Assembly: GCA_965198235.1 (NCBI GenBank)
Contig: OZ240248.1
Coordinates: forward strand, 1,696,001 to 1,760,000
Length of the DNA stretch: 64,000 nucleotides
Reading direction: 5' to 3'
Source: Candidatus Poribacteria bacterium
GTDB taxonomy: Bacteria > Poribacteria > WGA-4E > WGA-3G
Shown: positions 20,422 to 30,526 of the stretch, piece after piece
How positions within the stretch are numbered: the first letter of the stretch is position 1
Layout of the letters: each line of letters begins with the position of its first letter
The notes under the pieces: generated by a model
What the model was told of the DNA's origin: nothing
Seen by the model: the letters and a program-made list of their open reading frames with translations, nothing else
Databases searched by the model: none
Program-made: the position numbers and the translations under genes

Positions 20422-20933
20422 CTTGAGTTGAGAATAAGCCGGATTCTGTATGTGACGGTCATTCATCTGGGATGGATGTTACCATCCACCTCAAGCGGTT
20501 ACCTGGGGACGAGGTGGGCACACCTGCGTATGTCCCCCATTTACCTTGCTCCAGATGGGGTTTACCGAGCTCCATAAGTCACCTTATGGACTGGTGCGCT
20601 TTTACCGCACCGTTTCACCTGTACAACGCTCTTTTAACCATCTGCCAATTTCTTCGCCTTCGTCCGTTGTCCGAAGGCGATCTTCTTTAAAATCAACAGT
20701 CCCACTATCTGCGGAATATATCACTTGATTTTAACACAACCCATTTTTTGACAACGTCAAAAAATGAACAAGAAGGCCCATAATTAAAAAAACGTTGTAG
20801 TCTACTCTCTGTTGCACTTTCCATAGCGTCGCCGCTCCTGGGTGTTACCCAGCATCTTGCCCTGTGGAGTCCGGACTTTCCTCATCCCAATAGTAAGATT
20901 ACGATCAGGACGCGACCATCTACTCAACTCAAG
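20422..20933 (-). ncRNA. rnpB: RNase P RNA (type A) with an enlarged P12
   Basis: Minus strand has GAGGAAAGTCCGGACTCC, GAAAGTGCAACAGA, GGTGAAACGGTGCGGTAAAAGCGCACC, GGTAAACCCC...GGAGCAAG and ACAGAATCCGGCTTAT; P1 is CTTGAGTTGAG/CTCAACTCAAG. Confidence 0.97.
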
Positions 20934-20940
20934 TGCTTCT

Positions 20941-20970
20941 ATTATACCCCATTCAACAACTTGATAGCAA
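20941..20970 (-). promoter_or_regulatory. Putative rnpB promoter
   Basis: TTGCTA-N18-TATAAT, 7 nt upstream of P1. Confidence 0.55.
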
Positions 20971-21085
20971 CGAAATCGAGAAATATTCAGAAGTATTCAG
21001 TTGTCAGAGAAGAGATTGTCGGATATCCGTTTTTGATTGCTGGCAACTGCAGTGCAGTTGGGAAATTGCGGCAAAGGAAAGGGAT

Positions 21086-21116
21086 AAAAAAAGGCGCGCT
21101 TTGGAAGCGCGCCTAC
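21086..21116 (-). terminator. Intrinsic terminator after nrdJ (GTAG-headed hairpin)
   Basis: GTAGGCGCGCTT-CCA-AAGCGCGCC-T7 on the minus strand. Confidence 0.8.
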
Positions 21117-21136
21117 AAAAACGTTATAGCAAAAGA

Positions 21137-24100
21137 TTAGGAACATCCACTCGTTGAACCACAATTCGTGCAGCGATAGCAGACACCACTTCTCACCATA
21201 AGGGAACCACATTCAAGGCACGGCGGGGCATCTGCATGTTGAAGCGAAATTTGCTTCTCATGCGCCAACCATGAATCTGTTTCACCGTTACTACCATGCC
21301 CGTAGGGATGGAGTTCCTCGGGAGGCACCATCTCTGCATCCGTGTCCAGGCTGTCGGTTCCTGCTGTCGGTTCCTGAGCGAGGAACTGTGTGCCGAGCCA
21401 CCGGAAAACGTAATCTATAATCGACTTCGCCATCGGAATGTCACGGTTAGATGTAAAGCCTGACGGTTCAAATCGGACATGGCTGAACTTATTAACGAGC
21501 GACTCTAACGGCACACCGTACTGCAACGCAATAGAGGTGAGGACCGCGACAGAGTCCATCAGTCCAGAGACAGCTGTTCCTTCTTTGCTCATGCGAAGGA
21601 AAACTTCTCCAGGACTACCATCTTCATAAAACCCAACATGGATGTAGCCTTCATGACCCCCAACGCTAAATTTGTGCGTGAGAGAGGAACGCGTGTCTGA
21701 GAGACGCTTCCTGATGGGACGTTCGGTGGAAGTCTCGGCAATAGCCTCATCGGTTTTACTCTCCGTATCCTGTTGGCTTCGGGTTGAAAGTGGTTGGCTA
21801 CCTTTGCTACCATCACGATAAACGGCGAGACATTTGACACCGCGTCGCCACGCTTCCACGTATAACGTTTTGATGTCATCTACGGTTGCGTCGTGCGGGA
21901 CGTTGACGGTCTTGGAGATAGCACCAGAGATGAAGGGTTGCACAGCCACCATTATTTTCAAGGGTCCCATGTGATTTATATAACGAGTTCCATGCTTACC
22001 ACACTGGACGGCGCAATCGAAAACGGTGTAGTGCGTCGGTGAGAGATGTGGCGCGCCCTCAACCGTGCCGGTACCACAGATGACTTCTTCAGCAATACTA
22101 ATTTCATCTTCGCTAAATCCAATTGCAGAGAGGAGGTTAAAACTGGGATCTGCTGCTTCTTCTTCGGTTATACCTAACCGCTCAAGACACTCTTCTCCGA
22201 GAAAGCCCGGGGCAAAGGCAAGATTTAGGTCGAACGCACTCGGTAACATCTCCGCAACGCGGGCGATATCTTCCGGTGTGAAGCCTTTCCGCTTCAATGT
22301 ATCCGCATTGATGTGCGGTGTCCCTTCAAAAGTACCTGTTCCGATGAGATACTTAATAATAGCCTCAGTTTGCTGGAGCGTATAATCTAAGTTGTGCAAG
22401 GCATCGCGAACGCTCTGGTTGACAATTTTCATGTACCCGCCGCCTGCCAACTTCTTGAATTTGACGAGAGCGAACTCCGGTTCAATCCCAGTCGTATCAC
22501 AATCCATCAGGAAAGAGATAGTTCCCGTCGGAGCGATAACACTAATTTGGGAATTCCGATAACCCCAACGTTCTCCCTTTTCAAGACAGACATCCCAATC
22601 CGCTTTTGCAGCATCCAAAAGGTCGGGTGGGCATGCTATCGAGTCGATACTGTAGGCGGCATCGCGGTGCATCCGCATAACGTCTAACATAGAGTCGCTA
22701 TTCTTCACATACCCAGCAAAAGGACCAATACTCCCCGCAATTTCGGCACTTGTTTGATACCCCTTACCACTCAGGATAGCAGTAATGGCACCTGCATAAG
22801 CACACGCTTGGTCACTGTCGTAAGGAATCCCTAAACGCATCAAGAGTGCGCCCAAGTTAGCGTAACCGAGTCCGAGGGGACGATATTCATGTGAACGTTG
22901 TGCGATATTTTCAGTCGGGTATGAGGAGAGATCTACGATGATCTCCATCGCAGTGGCGAACACACGAACGGTCGCGCGGAAACCCTCAATGTCAAAGGTA
23001 TTATCATCTCTCAAGAATTTGGCAAGGTTAATGCTGGCGAGGTTACAGGCAGAATCGTCTAAGAAGAGGTATTCACTACAGGGATTACTTGCGTTAATCC
23101 TACCTGTGTTTTTGCATGTATGCCAATTCTGAATCGTACTGTCAAACTGGACACCCGGATCTGCGCATGCCCACGCGGCATAGGCAATCTTTTCCATCAG
23201 TGTTCTGGCATCATATTCGTCGGCAACTTCACCACTCGTCCGGTACGTCGTTTTCCATGAATCTCCCTGTAAGTAGGCATTCATGAAATCATCTGGAATC
23301 CGGACGGAATTGTTGCTGTTCTGTCCGCTGACAGTGCTGTATGCCTCACCATTGAAATCGGCTGGATATCCTGCGGCGATGAGTGCCTTCGCCTTATTTT
23401 CTTCTCTTAGTTTCCAGTCAATATAGTCAGCGATCTCCGGGTGATCCATGTTGAGGATGACCATTTTGGCTGCGCGTCTTGTGGTGCCACCAGATTTGAT
23501 ACTGCCTGCCCATCGGTCGAAGCCTTCAAGGAATGAAAGGACCCCCGAACTCTCACCACCGCCGGAGAGGAGTTCACCCTTCGCGCGAACTTTGCTGAAG
23601 TTGGAGCCTGTGCCGCTGCCGTATTTAAAGAGACGCACTTCAGATCTCTGGAGCTCCAACATAGAGTCCAGAGAATCGTCAACGCTTTGAATGAAACATG
23701 CGGAATTTTGCGGGTGTTCATACGCATTGGTAGTGACCTTGACTTCCTGTGCGTCTCGGTCCCAATAGTAGTTGCCGCCGCCCCCTTCGATATTATATTC
23801 ATGCCACAAGCCGCAGTTAAACCAAACAGGCGAGTTGAAAGCACCCCGTTGTGTAACGAGGATATGCGTCAATTCCATCTCAAACGTCTCTGCGTCTTCA
23901 GGGGTAGCAAAATACCCCCCGAGTTCTTCGCCTGCGCGACGGAGCGTACGCGCCACACGGGTAACCAATTGGCGAGCACTGTCTTCTGATTCTGCCCCGG
24001 GGACTCCAGCTTTTCGGAAATATTTCGATGATGCAATATCTGTCGCGAGCTGGGTCCAGTTTTCCGGTACTTCAACCTGCTCTTGTTTAAAGATGACATC

Positions 24101-24280
24101 ACCCTTTTCATTGTAGATGACCGCGTCGCGACGTTCCCACTTCAACAGATCGTAGGGATGAACGCCGGACTTGGTAAAGTAGGGTGTGAAAGTAATCCCC
24201 GTTCGATTGCCTTCGTTCGACTGTTTTGGAGAGGTTGTCTCTTCGTCAACCCCTTTCGAATTATCAACCGTCATGCTCAT
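21137..24280 (-). CDS. nrdJ: Vitamin B12-dependent class II ribonucleotide reductase
   Basis: AFNSPVWFN, ACFI, NPCSE, ACNLAS, RPLGLG, APTGT, ISKTVN, YRDGS; C-terminal TSCPD-type domain and CxxC zinc ribbon. Confidence 0.95.
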   Translation of the reverse strand: MSMTVDNSKGVDEETTSPKQSNEGNRTGITFTPYFTKSGVHPYDLLKWERRDAVIYNEKGDVIFKQEQVEVPENWTQLATDIASSKYFRKAGVPGAESEDSARQLVTRVARTLRRAGEELGGYFATPEDAETFEMELTHILVTQRGAFNSPVWFNCGLWHEYNIEGGGGNYYWDRDAQEVKVTTNAYEHPQNSACFIQSVDDSLDSMLELQRSEVRLFKYGSGTGSNFSKVRAKGELLSGGGESSGVLSFLEGFDRWAGSIKSGGTTRRAAKMVILNMDHPEIADYIDWKLREENKAKALIAAGYPADFNGEAYSTVSGQNSNNSVRIPDDFMNAYLQGDSWKTTYRTSGEVADEYDARTLMEKIAYAAWACADPGVQFDSTIQNWHTCKNTGRINASNPCSEYLFLDDSACNLASINLAKFLRDDNTFDIEGFRATVRVFATAMEIIVDLSSYPTENIAQRSHEYRPLGLGYANLGALLMRLGIPYDSDQACAYAGAITAILSGKGYQTSAEIAGSIGPFAGYVKNSDSMLDVMRMHRDAAYSIDSIACPPDLLDAAKADWDVCLEKGERWGYRNSQISVIAPTGTISFLMDCDTTGIEPEFALVKFKKLAGGGYMKIVNQSVRDALHNLDYTLQQTEAIIKYLIGTGTFEGTPHINADTLKRKGFTPEDIARVAEMLPSAFDLNLAFAPGFLGEECLERLGITEEEAADPSFNLLSAIGFSEDEISIAEEVICGTGTVEGAPHLSPTHYTVFDCAVQCGKHGTRYINHMGPLKIMVAVQPFISGAISKTVNVPHDATVDDIKTLYVEAWRRGVKCLAVYRDGSKGSQPLSTRSQQDTESKTDEAIAETSTERPIRKRLSDTRSSLTHKFSVGGHEGYIHVGFYEDGSPGEVFLRMSKEGTAVSGLMDSVAVLTSIALQYGVPLESLVNKFSHVRFEPSGFTSNRDIPMAKSIIDYVFRWLGTQFLAQEPTAGTDSLDTDAEMVPPEELHPYGHGSNGETDSWLAHEKQISLQHADAPPCLECGSLMVRSGVCYRCTNCGSTSGCS

Positions 24281-24378
24281 ACCTCTTTGGTTATCGGTGC
24301 ACTGCGAAAAGTGCTCCTGCGAAAACCGTCTTATGATAATGCATGCTTTGAAGCACGCTTATAAATATTCCGTAGTTA

Positions 24379-25659
24379 TTATTCATTTCTTTTTAAAACA
24401 ATTCTATGATAACGTTTCTTGCCAGCACGGAGTAGCAGTGCCTCATCCTCAAGCAGGTCGGTACCAACGACCATATCTATCGCACGATACTGTTTTTCGT
24501 TGATGTAGGCACCACCCTGCTGAACGAGCCGCCGCGCTTCGCTACGTGAATTTGCCAACCCGACTTCATGGAACAATTCCATGATTGGAATCCCGCTGTC
24601 AAGTCGTTCTGGTGTGATAACTGAAGTCGGCATCGCGGCTGCATCAAGGTTCCCACCACCAAACGCAGCGCGTGAGGCTGCTTGTGCTTTGTCCGCCTCT
24701 GCCTTTCCGTGGGCAAGTTTTGTGGCTTCATACGCGAGGACTTCTTTTGCCTCCCGAATTGCTTCATCTTCCAAATTACCGAGGTGTCGAATCTCATCCA
24801 TTGGGAGGAAGGTAAAATACGCTAAGAACCGGGAGACATCGCGGTCGTCCACGTTAATCCAATATTGATAGAATTCATACGGTGAGGTCCGTTCGGCATC
24901 AAGCCAAACTGCACCGCCTGCGGTTTTTCCCATCTTCGCGCCGCTCGCTGTAGTGAGTAGCGGAAAAGTGACTGCGTGAACACGTTCGCTTTTGACTCGA
25001 CGGACGAGATCGACACCAGCAAGAATATTGCCCCACTGGTCGTCCCCACCGAGTTGGAGACGGCACGCGTACTTCTGAAAAAGATATAAATAATCGTATG
25101 CTTGGAGCAGTTGATAGTTAAATTCAAGGAATGAAAGTCCAAGTTCACGTTCAAGACGTTGTCGATAACCTTCTGCCCGAATCATCTCATTAACTCGAAA
25201 GTGTTTACCGATGTTGCGTAGAAATTCGATGTAATTTACAGACAGTAGCCAGTCAGCGTTGTTAAGAAACCTTCCCGCTTTTGATGCAGTCTGGGATTCC
25301 TTGTTATTTGCTATTCCGTTATCAAGATTTAAGTAACGTTGCAACTGTGCAAGGATGTCTTTGCCGTTCGTTGAAATTTGTTCCTGCGACAACATTGGAC
25401 GCATTTCAGTCTTGTCTGTTGGGTCGCCAATCATTGTCGTGCCGCCCCCAATGATTGCAATCGGTTTGTGCCCGGCGCGTTGCAGGTGTGCCATCGCCAT
25501 TATGGGGACAAGACTTCCGACATGCAGACTCGGTGCTGTTGGATCAAAGCCGACGTAGTAGGTGACCTGTTCTTCACCTAACAAGCGCGTGACCTGTTCG
25601 GCATTCGTAGTCTGTTTGATAAAACCCCGTTCATTCAGGGCTTCAAAGACGTTGTCCAT
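24379..25659 (-). CDS. tyrS: Tyrosine--tRNA ligase
   Basis: YVGFDPTAPSLHVGS, QLGGDDQWGNI, KMGKT, C-terminal S4 (LRAGKK). Confidence 0.97.
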   Translation of the reverse strand: MDNVFEALNERGFIKQTTNAEQVTRLLGEEQVTYYVGFDPTAPSLHVGSLVPIMAMAHLQRAGHKPIAIIGGGTTMIGDPTDKTEMRPMLSQEQISTNGKDILAQLQRYLNLDNGIANNKESQTASKAGRFLNNADWLLSVNYIEFLRNIGKHFRVNEMIRAEGYRQRLERELGLSFLEFNYQLLQAYDYLYLFQKYACRLQLGGDDQWGNILAGVDLVRRVKSERVHAVTFPLLTTASGAKMGKTAGGAVWLDAERTSPYEFYQYWINVDDRDVSRFLAYFTFLPMDEIRHLGNLEDEAIREAKEVLAYEATKLAHGKAEADKAQAASRAAFGGGNLDAAAMPTSVITPERLDSGIPIMELFHEVGLANSRSEARRLVQQGGAYINEKQYRAIDMVVGTDLLEDEALLLRAGKKRYHRIVLKRNE

Positions 25660-25951
25660 TGTTTATCCTGCTTCGATTTAAGTGTTTTTATTATAAGCAT
25701 TCGGTTGGTGCGTTTCGTATTGCGATATTGGAAACCTACAAACTCCACCCTACAACAGACCGTTTGTAGACCTAATACGCAAGAGGCACAATCGGAAATT
25801 TGATCGGAAATGTATGCTTACAATCTAACTCATGCAGAAATTGGGGAAAGGATTTCTTACCGAAATATCCTTAGCCAATATTATATAGAATTTTTGTAGC
25901 TCTGACAAGTAATTTTCTCTGAGACTTTTGACGTTTTTCAAACTTTTGGGA

Positions 25952-26530
25952 TTAACCCGAGGCGACCTCGACGCGTCTGTAGATGTCCTGCAAACCGAGT
26001 TCACAGCCTATGGAGAGAAGCGATAGGACATCCGCAAGTCCCTGGAATTCGGTCTGCAGCCACTCGGACCCTTGACGACAATAATGTTCAACGTGAACCT
26101 TGTCTTGGGAGATGAGAAGGTAATCTTTTAAGGAAGCAATTTGCTGATAATGCTCAAATTTCTCGCCTCTATCGTAAACTTCGGTTGAGGGGGAAAGCAC
26201 TTCCACGATGAGAGTTGGATTCAGAAGGGTGTCAAAAGTATTGTCTTCAGCGCGCGGTTCACCACAAACAACGACAACATCGGGGTAAAAATAGGAGTCT
26301 ATTTGGGTAACCTTCACCCGCATATCGCTTGCAGCGACTTGACACTCTCCTCCGATTAATTGGTTGTAGAGTTGATTCGCCACATTCATTGTGAGGAAAT
26401 TATGCGCGAAGCTTGCACCCGACATTGCGACTATCTGTCCGTTCAGATATTCGTGTTTCGTCGTCGCCTTGCGCTCAAAAGCGAGATATTCTTCAGGTGT
26501 TAGGTAGGTTCGGGCTGCAGCGGATGCCAT
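25952..26530 (-). CDS. Uma2/DUF820 family putative endonuclease
   Basis: TPEEYL, KHEY, YPDVVVVC, IVEVLSPST..YDRGEKF. Confidence 0.9.
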   Translation of the reverse strand: MASAAARTYLTPEEYLAFERKATTKHEYLNGQIVAMSGASFAHNFLTMNVANQLYNQLIGGECQVAASDMRVKVTQIDSYFYPDVVVVCGEPRAEDNTFDTLLNPTLIVEVLSPSTEVYDRGEKFEHYQQIASLKDYLLISQDKVHVEHYCRQGSEWLQTEFQGLADVLSLLSIGCELGLQDIYRRVEVASG

Positions 26531-26611
26531 GCATGCCTCCATAAATCTTGCTTCAGAGGGGTGCCGGTTCCGAGAGAGAAACCGGCAGTGCGAGTTACGA
26601 AAAAAATGCGT

Positions 26612-27346
26612 CTATTCTTCTTCGTCTTCCGCATAAGAGTGTCCGCTGAAAATTGCACGGACCTGCTTTGCTGTCTTCGGACCTGAGAGCAGTTTCCCAA
26701 TCCGATCGCCCTCTTCTTCAAGCAATGCCTTGACGTTCGTCAGGACCGCCTCCAGTTTATCCGCCGGAAACTTACATGCGCCGTTCTCATCCATGTGGAT
26801 AATTTCACCCGGTGCGACATCCATCCCTGCTATTGCAACTGGGACGTTGACAGCATGAACCGCCATCGCACCGTGCCCAGGCGTGATACCGCTTAACAGA
26901 TACTGAAACTCCATTGGCCGAATTTCGTCAATATCGCGCGACGGACCATTCGAGATCGCCCCCAGACAGCCGATTGATTTCATTGCCGCCGTCATGTTAC
27001 CACCCGCTAAACCGACCTTATTCGCGAACTCGGGTGGGAATTTCTGCTGAAATGCGAAAATCGTCGGTTGCTTAGAGGTGCCCAACGCATCAATGACATC
27101 CATAAAAGAGAGTTCCGAGTAGTTCGGATCCGGTATACCGTAGACGCACGTCACGGCGTAACCGGCAACGGCTCCAAGCTCAGGGTACATACAACGGAGG
27201 GTTGTATCCGTATACCAATTCTCCGTCCATGGATTATAGAGTCCAAGGCAAAGGGGGTTCCCCGGATACGTAGCCACCACGTTTGTGATTGAAGGCGTAT
27301 CATATTTGCGCAGTTCTGCCAACATTTCCTGCTCTGTTAATGCCAT
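26612..27346 (-). CDS. RraA/HMG-aldolase family protein
   Basis: GYAVT, GGNM, NGPSRDIDE, GEIIHMDENG. Confidence 0.8.
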   Translation of the reverse strand: MALTEQEMLAELRKYDTPSITNVVATYPGNPLCLGLYNPWTENWYTDTTLRCMYPELGAVAGYAVTCVYGIPDPNYSELSFMDVIDALGTSKQPTIFAFQQKFPPEFANKVGLAGGNMTAAMKSIGCLGAISNGPSRDIDEIRPMEFQYLLSGITPGHGAMAVHAVNVPVAIAGMDVAPGEIIHMDENGACKFPADKLEAVLTNVKALLEEEGDRIGKLLSGPKTAKQVRAIFSGHSYAEDEEE

Positions 27347-27515
27347 AATGAATATTCCTTTTTATTACCTGTCAGTCATCAAGTTGCTTGCTGTGTTGGC
27401 TGTCAGTCATCGGCAAAGGATGTGCTGTGGTAGGTGAAAACACTTGTAGTGTTACTGTAGGTGAGGTTTGAAACCCCAATACTGACCACTGATTGCTGAT
27501 AGCCGATAGCCGACA

Positions 27516-28394
27516 TTAGACAGGCATTGTTCTACCGGCGTGCGCCCGTCCGATGCGTGCAGCTTCTTCGCCGCCACCGGTGATCCGTACACCAGCGTCG
27601 ATGCTTGCCTCAATTGTATCAGGTGAAGTGCTTTCCAAGAACGCAATACCGGCAGCTTTGCAGGCTGCAGAGACGCGATTCCGGGCATCTTCCAATTCTT
27701 GTGGACGTGGGTTCGGTGGATTTTTGTAGCCAAATGACATGCTCATGTCACCGGGACCCCATTCCGCAAAGGCTATTCCGGAGACCTGCGCCGTGATCTC
27801 GACGTTCGCTAAAGCTCGCTTGTTTTCAAATTTGAGGCCCAATAGGAGTTCACCATTCGGGTTCAAGGGCCATGGATCAGCGACATCCAAGTATTTGTCA
27901 ACGGAAATGCCCCAGATAGGTGCAGCGGAACCTTGCCCCGCGGAGCCGCGCCTTCCAACATCCAATTGTGTGCCGACTCCGATGGTCTGGAATGGGTAAC
28001 GGCACGCTTCAACAAACGCCTTGACTGCTTCTGGGGATTCAGCGTGACAGAGCAACAAACCGTGCACACCGCGTGCGAGGAGTTGCCGCATTTGCCAACC
28101 GTTGGCGCGAATTACATCTGCACTGATGCCATCTACTGGCAATTCAACAATAACAGCCGGGGTTTGGTGTCCGCTGTTGGTGGGACCGCCGTCAGCGAGC
28201 CCGCGCATGAAACTATCCAATCCAGCGAGATCGAAACTCCCGTGCTCCATGCCGACATTGATATAGTCTGCCCATGTTTTTGCCATTGCGCGACCTGCGT
28301 CATAATTCAGATCCGCGCCTGTGTGACTGCCGGTATAGAAGACAGGCAGGTCGTCTACTAATAATTCAATCGCTTTGTTAACGCGTTTCGGCAT
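27516..28394 (-). CDS. HpcH/HpaI aldolase family protein
   Basis: MEHG, LARGVHG, KFEN, WGPGDMSMS. Confidence 0.75.
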   Translation of the reverse strand: MPKRVNKAIELLVDDLPVFYTGSHTGADLNYDAGRAMAKTWADYINVGMEHGSFDLAGLDSFMRGLADGGPTNSGHQTPAVIVELPVDGISADVIRANGWQMRQLLARGVHGLLLCHAESPEAVKAFVEACRYPFQTIGVGTQLDVGRRGSAGQGSAAPIWGISVDKYLDVADPWPLNPNGELLLGLKFENKRALANVEITAQVSGIAFAEWGPGDMSMSFGYKNPPNPRPQELEDARNRVSAACKAAGIAFLESTSPDTIEASIDAGVRITGGGEEAARIGRAHAGRTMPV

Positions 28395-28481
28395 TAGGGA
28401 TTCTCCTTAATTAAGGTAACGTGAAAAATGAAAAATAGTTTCGATCACTTCCTACTTATTTTGGTGCAATAACTTTAAGAG

Positions 28482-28510
28482 ATTGTATCAAAAACGCGAC
28501 AATCTGTCAA
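28482..28510 (-). promoter_or_regulatory. Sigma70 promoter for aldolase-RraA
   Basis: TTGACA-N17-TACAAT with extended TG on the minus strand. Confidence 0.65.
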
Positions 28511-28562
28511 CAGAATTTTTTGAAAAATTGCGCACGATGGCAGCCAAAAATTCTGAAAATCC

Positions 28563-28591
28563 TTGACAAATCTACGAGTTTCGGGTAATCT
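28563..28591 (+). promoter_or_regulatory. Sigma70 promoter for the dehydrogenase
   Basis: TTGACA-N17-TAATCT. Confidence 0.5.
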
Positions 28592-28638
28592 GAACGGCGA
28601 ATCCTATATTAAATTTTTTCTAAGGAGTTGCCAATATT

Positions 28639-29589
28639 GTGAGAGCACTTGTCGTTAAATCATTGCCAGATAAAAAGCGCGAAAAAATTGTTGTCACCGA
28701 TTGGGAAGAGCCAGCACCACCTACTGGAAACGAGGTGTTGTGTCAAGCTGTCTTCACAGGGCTTACCAACGGCACAGAACGGAATCAACTGATCGGTGGG
28801 AACTATTCAGCCTCCGATAGCCGACTACCAACCACCGATGGATACCAGAACGTAGGCAGAGTCATTGAAACGGGACCGGACGTAACGCAACTTCAAGTTG
28901 GCGACCTCATCTATGCCAGTGTGAATCATGTCGAACGGTTTACCATTCCAGAAGATGGACTCCTGCTAAAATTGCCGGAGGACATTGACCCAGGCGAAGC
29001 CGCCCTCTTCGGCATCTCCGGGGTCGCAATGCATTGCTGTCGACGCGTCGATCCACGCATCGGGGAAAAAGTGCTTATTGTTGGACAGGGTTGCATCGGT
29101 ATGTTTGCGGCGCAGATCGTCAATGCCATGGGAGCCCGCGTTACAGTATGCGACATTGAGGAATCTCGGCTGGAACAGATCCGCCAACTCGGTGTAGCAG
29201 AGGAGGTTTTCAATACAAGTGGTGATGGTTGGGATGCTCAAATTCAAGAGGGTTCCTTTGATGCTGTCATGGATTTCGCTGGTGTTTCAGACATGGTAAC
29301 ACCGATGATCCACGCCTGCAAAGTTCGAGGACGATTGCTTTTAGTTGCCGGACGCTTCGATGTCAATTACACCTTTAACGTCGGGCAACATAAGGAGATT
29401 AGTATCCTTCAGTGTAGCCACTTCACTTGTGACGATCTGGAAAATCTCTGTCGATTGCTCCGCCAGGGTTCTGTCAAAATTGCACCGCTAATCCGACATC
29501 GAGTGAGTGTTGACGAAGCACCACAAATCTATAGATGGCTCCGCGATGAACCGATGCAGTTGTTGGGGACCGTGTTTCAGTGGGAATAA
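28639..29589 (+). CDS. MDR/zinc-binding alcohol dehydrogenase-like protein
   Basis: GTE, GYQNVGRV...GDLI, Rossmann GQGCIG. Confidence 0.85.
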   Translation: MRALVVKSLPDKKREKIVVTDWEEPAPPTGNEVLCQAVFTGLTNGTERNQLIGGNYSASDSRLPTTDGYQNVGRVIETGPDVTQLQVGDLIYASVNHVERFTIPEDGLLLKLPEDIDPGEAALFGISGVAMHCCRRVDPRIGEKVLIVGQGCIGMFAAQIVNAMGARVTVCDIEESRLEQIRQLGVAEEVFNTSGDGWDAQIQEGSFDAVMDFAGVSDMVTPMIHACKVRGRLLLVAGRFDVNYTFNVGQHKEISILQCSHFTCDDLENLCRLLRQGSVKIAPLIRHRVSVDEAPQIYRWLRDEPMQLLGTVFQWE

Positions 29590-29639
29590 GCTCGAATTTT
29601 ATTCCCTACACTGACCAGAAACGTGCCATCCTTAAGGGT

Positions 29640-29797
29640 TTGGTGCGGTTGCATGAAGTTTAAGTATTTAATCGGGTAATTTCCGAACGTGCTATAAATA
29701 GCACGACTACAAGCAGCCTCGTTTGTAGTAGGGCAATTCATGGTCTCCCGTCAATTACCGAATTATTTTTTAATCTTCATCAAACCGCACCTACCAC
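29640..29797. repeat. Nested inverted-repeat (REP/MITE-like) element
   Basis: Outer GGTGCGGTT/AACCGCACC; next ATGAAGTTTAAGTATTTAATCGGGTAATT versus revcomp ATGAAGATTAAAAAATAATTCGGTAATT; inner GACTACAA/TTGTAGT. Confidence 0.65.
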
Positions 29798-29848
29798 ATT
29801 CAGTTAGTCCTGCCTAAATCCCTTCCAGAAATATTAAATTAAAAAAAG

Positions 29849-29949
29849 TGCAACTTTTTTGCAACTCGTTTGTAGTAATGTTAACCTTGAAACGTGTGAA
29901 ATTACAATAAGGAAAAAAAGTGCAACTTTTTTCAAACTTGTTTGTAGTA
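29849..29949 (+). promoter_or_regulatory. Tandem ECF-type promoters TGCAAC-N17-GTAGTA
   Basis: Copies at 29849-29877 and 29921-29949, directly upstream of the ECF sigma gene. Confidence 0.75.
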
Positions 29950-29980
29950 ACGACAACCTCACAATGCGCGGAGTTGAAAC

Positions 29981-30526
29981 ATGACAGAAGATAAATTCCT
30001 TGAGCTTGTCCATAAACACGAGGCTCAGATTTATCAGCACACCCTCTATCTACTCGGAAATCGGGAAGATGCAGAGGATATAACACAGGAGACGTTTATC
30101 AAAGCGTGGCAACACCGTACCGAATTGCGTCTGAAGACCGTGCGTTCATGGTTGCTAAAATGTGCGCAGAATCTCTGTTTCAATCTGCTAAAACGGAACA
30201 AATTTCAGGTGCACTTAACAGAAGGAGACGATACAGATCCCGAAACAGAACTCGAAACTTTAATGCACGCACATTCCGGTCGATCAAACCCAACACCAGA
30301 TGAAATTGTGATCGAAGAAGAACTCAAAGCGTCCGTACAGTGTGCCATTAAGAAATTGCCGCCAGAGATGCGGTCGGTGATAGTTATGCGGGAATTGAAC
30401 GGCATGAGTTTCAAGGAGATTGCAGAAGTATTAGAGCAACCCGAAGGGACTGTGAAATCAACCGCATTCCGTGCCCGTAAAAGGTTGCGGGAGTTTCTGC
30501 GTCCTTACTGGAGAAATGACAAATGA
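29981..30526 (+). CDS. ECF sigma factor
   Basis: DAEDITQETFIKAW (sigma2); LPPEMRSVIVMRELNGMSFKEIAEVLEQPEGTVKS (sigma4). Confidence 0.95.
   Translation: MTEDKFLELVHKHEAQIYQHTLYLLGNREDAEDITQETFIKAWQHRTELRLKTVRSWLLKCAQNLCFNLLKRNKFQVHLTEGDDTDPETELETLMHAHSGRSNPTPDEIVIEEELKASVQCAIKKLPPEMRSVIVMRELNGMSFKEIAEVLEQPEGTVKSTAFRARKRLREFLRPYWRNDK

Noticed and set aside
21137-24378. Intein in the long NrdJ, or an upstream cobalamin riboswitch/NrdR box
   Set aside because: No intein splice motifs; the length fits long-form NrdJ; the 98-nt leader shows no recognisable motif.
25660-25950. T-box upstream of tyrS
   Set aside because: No T-box antiterminator consensus is visible; only REP-like hairpins.
29841-29960. 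Repeated ~38-nt unit as a mini CRISPR array
   Set aside because: Only two imperfect copies, no cas genes, and conservation is bipartite with promoter-like 17-nt spacing.
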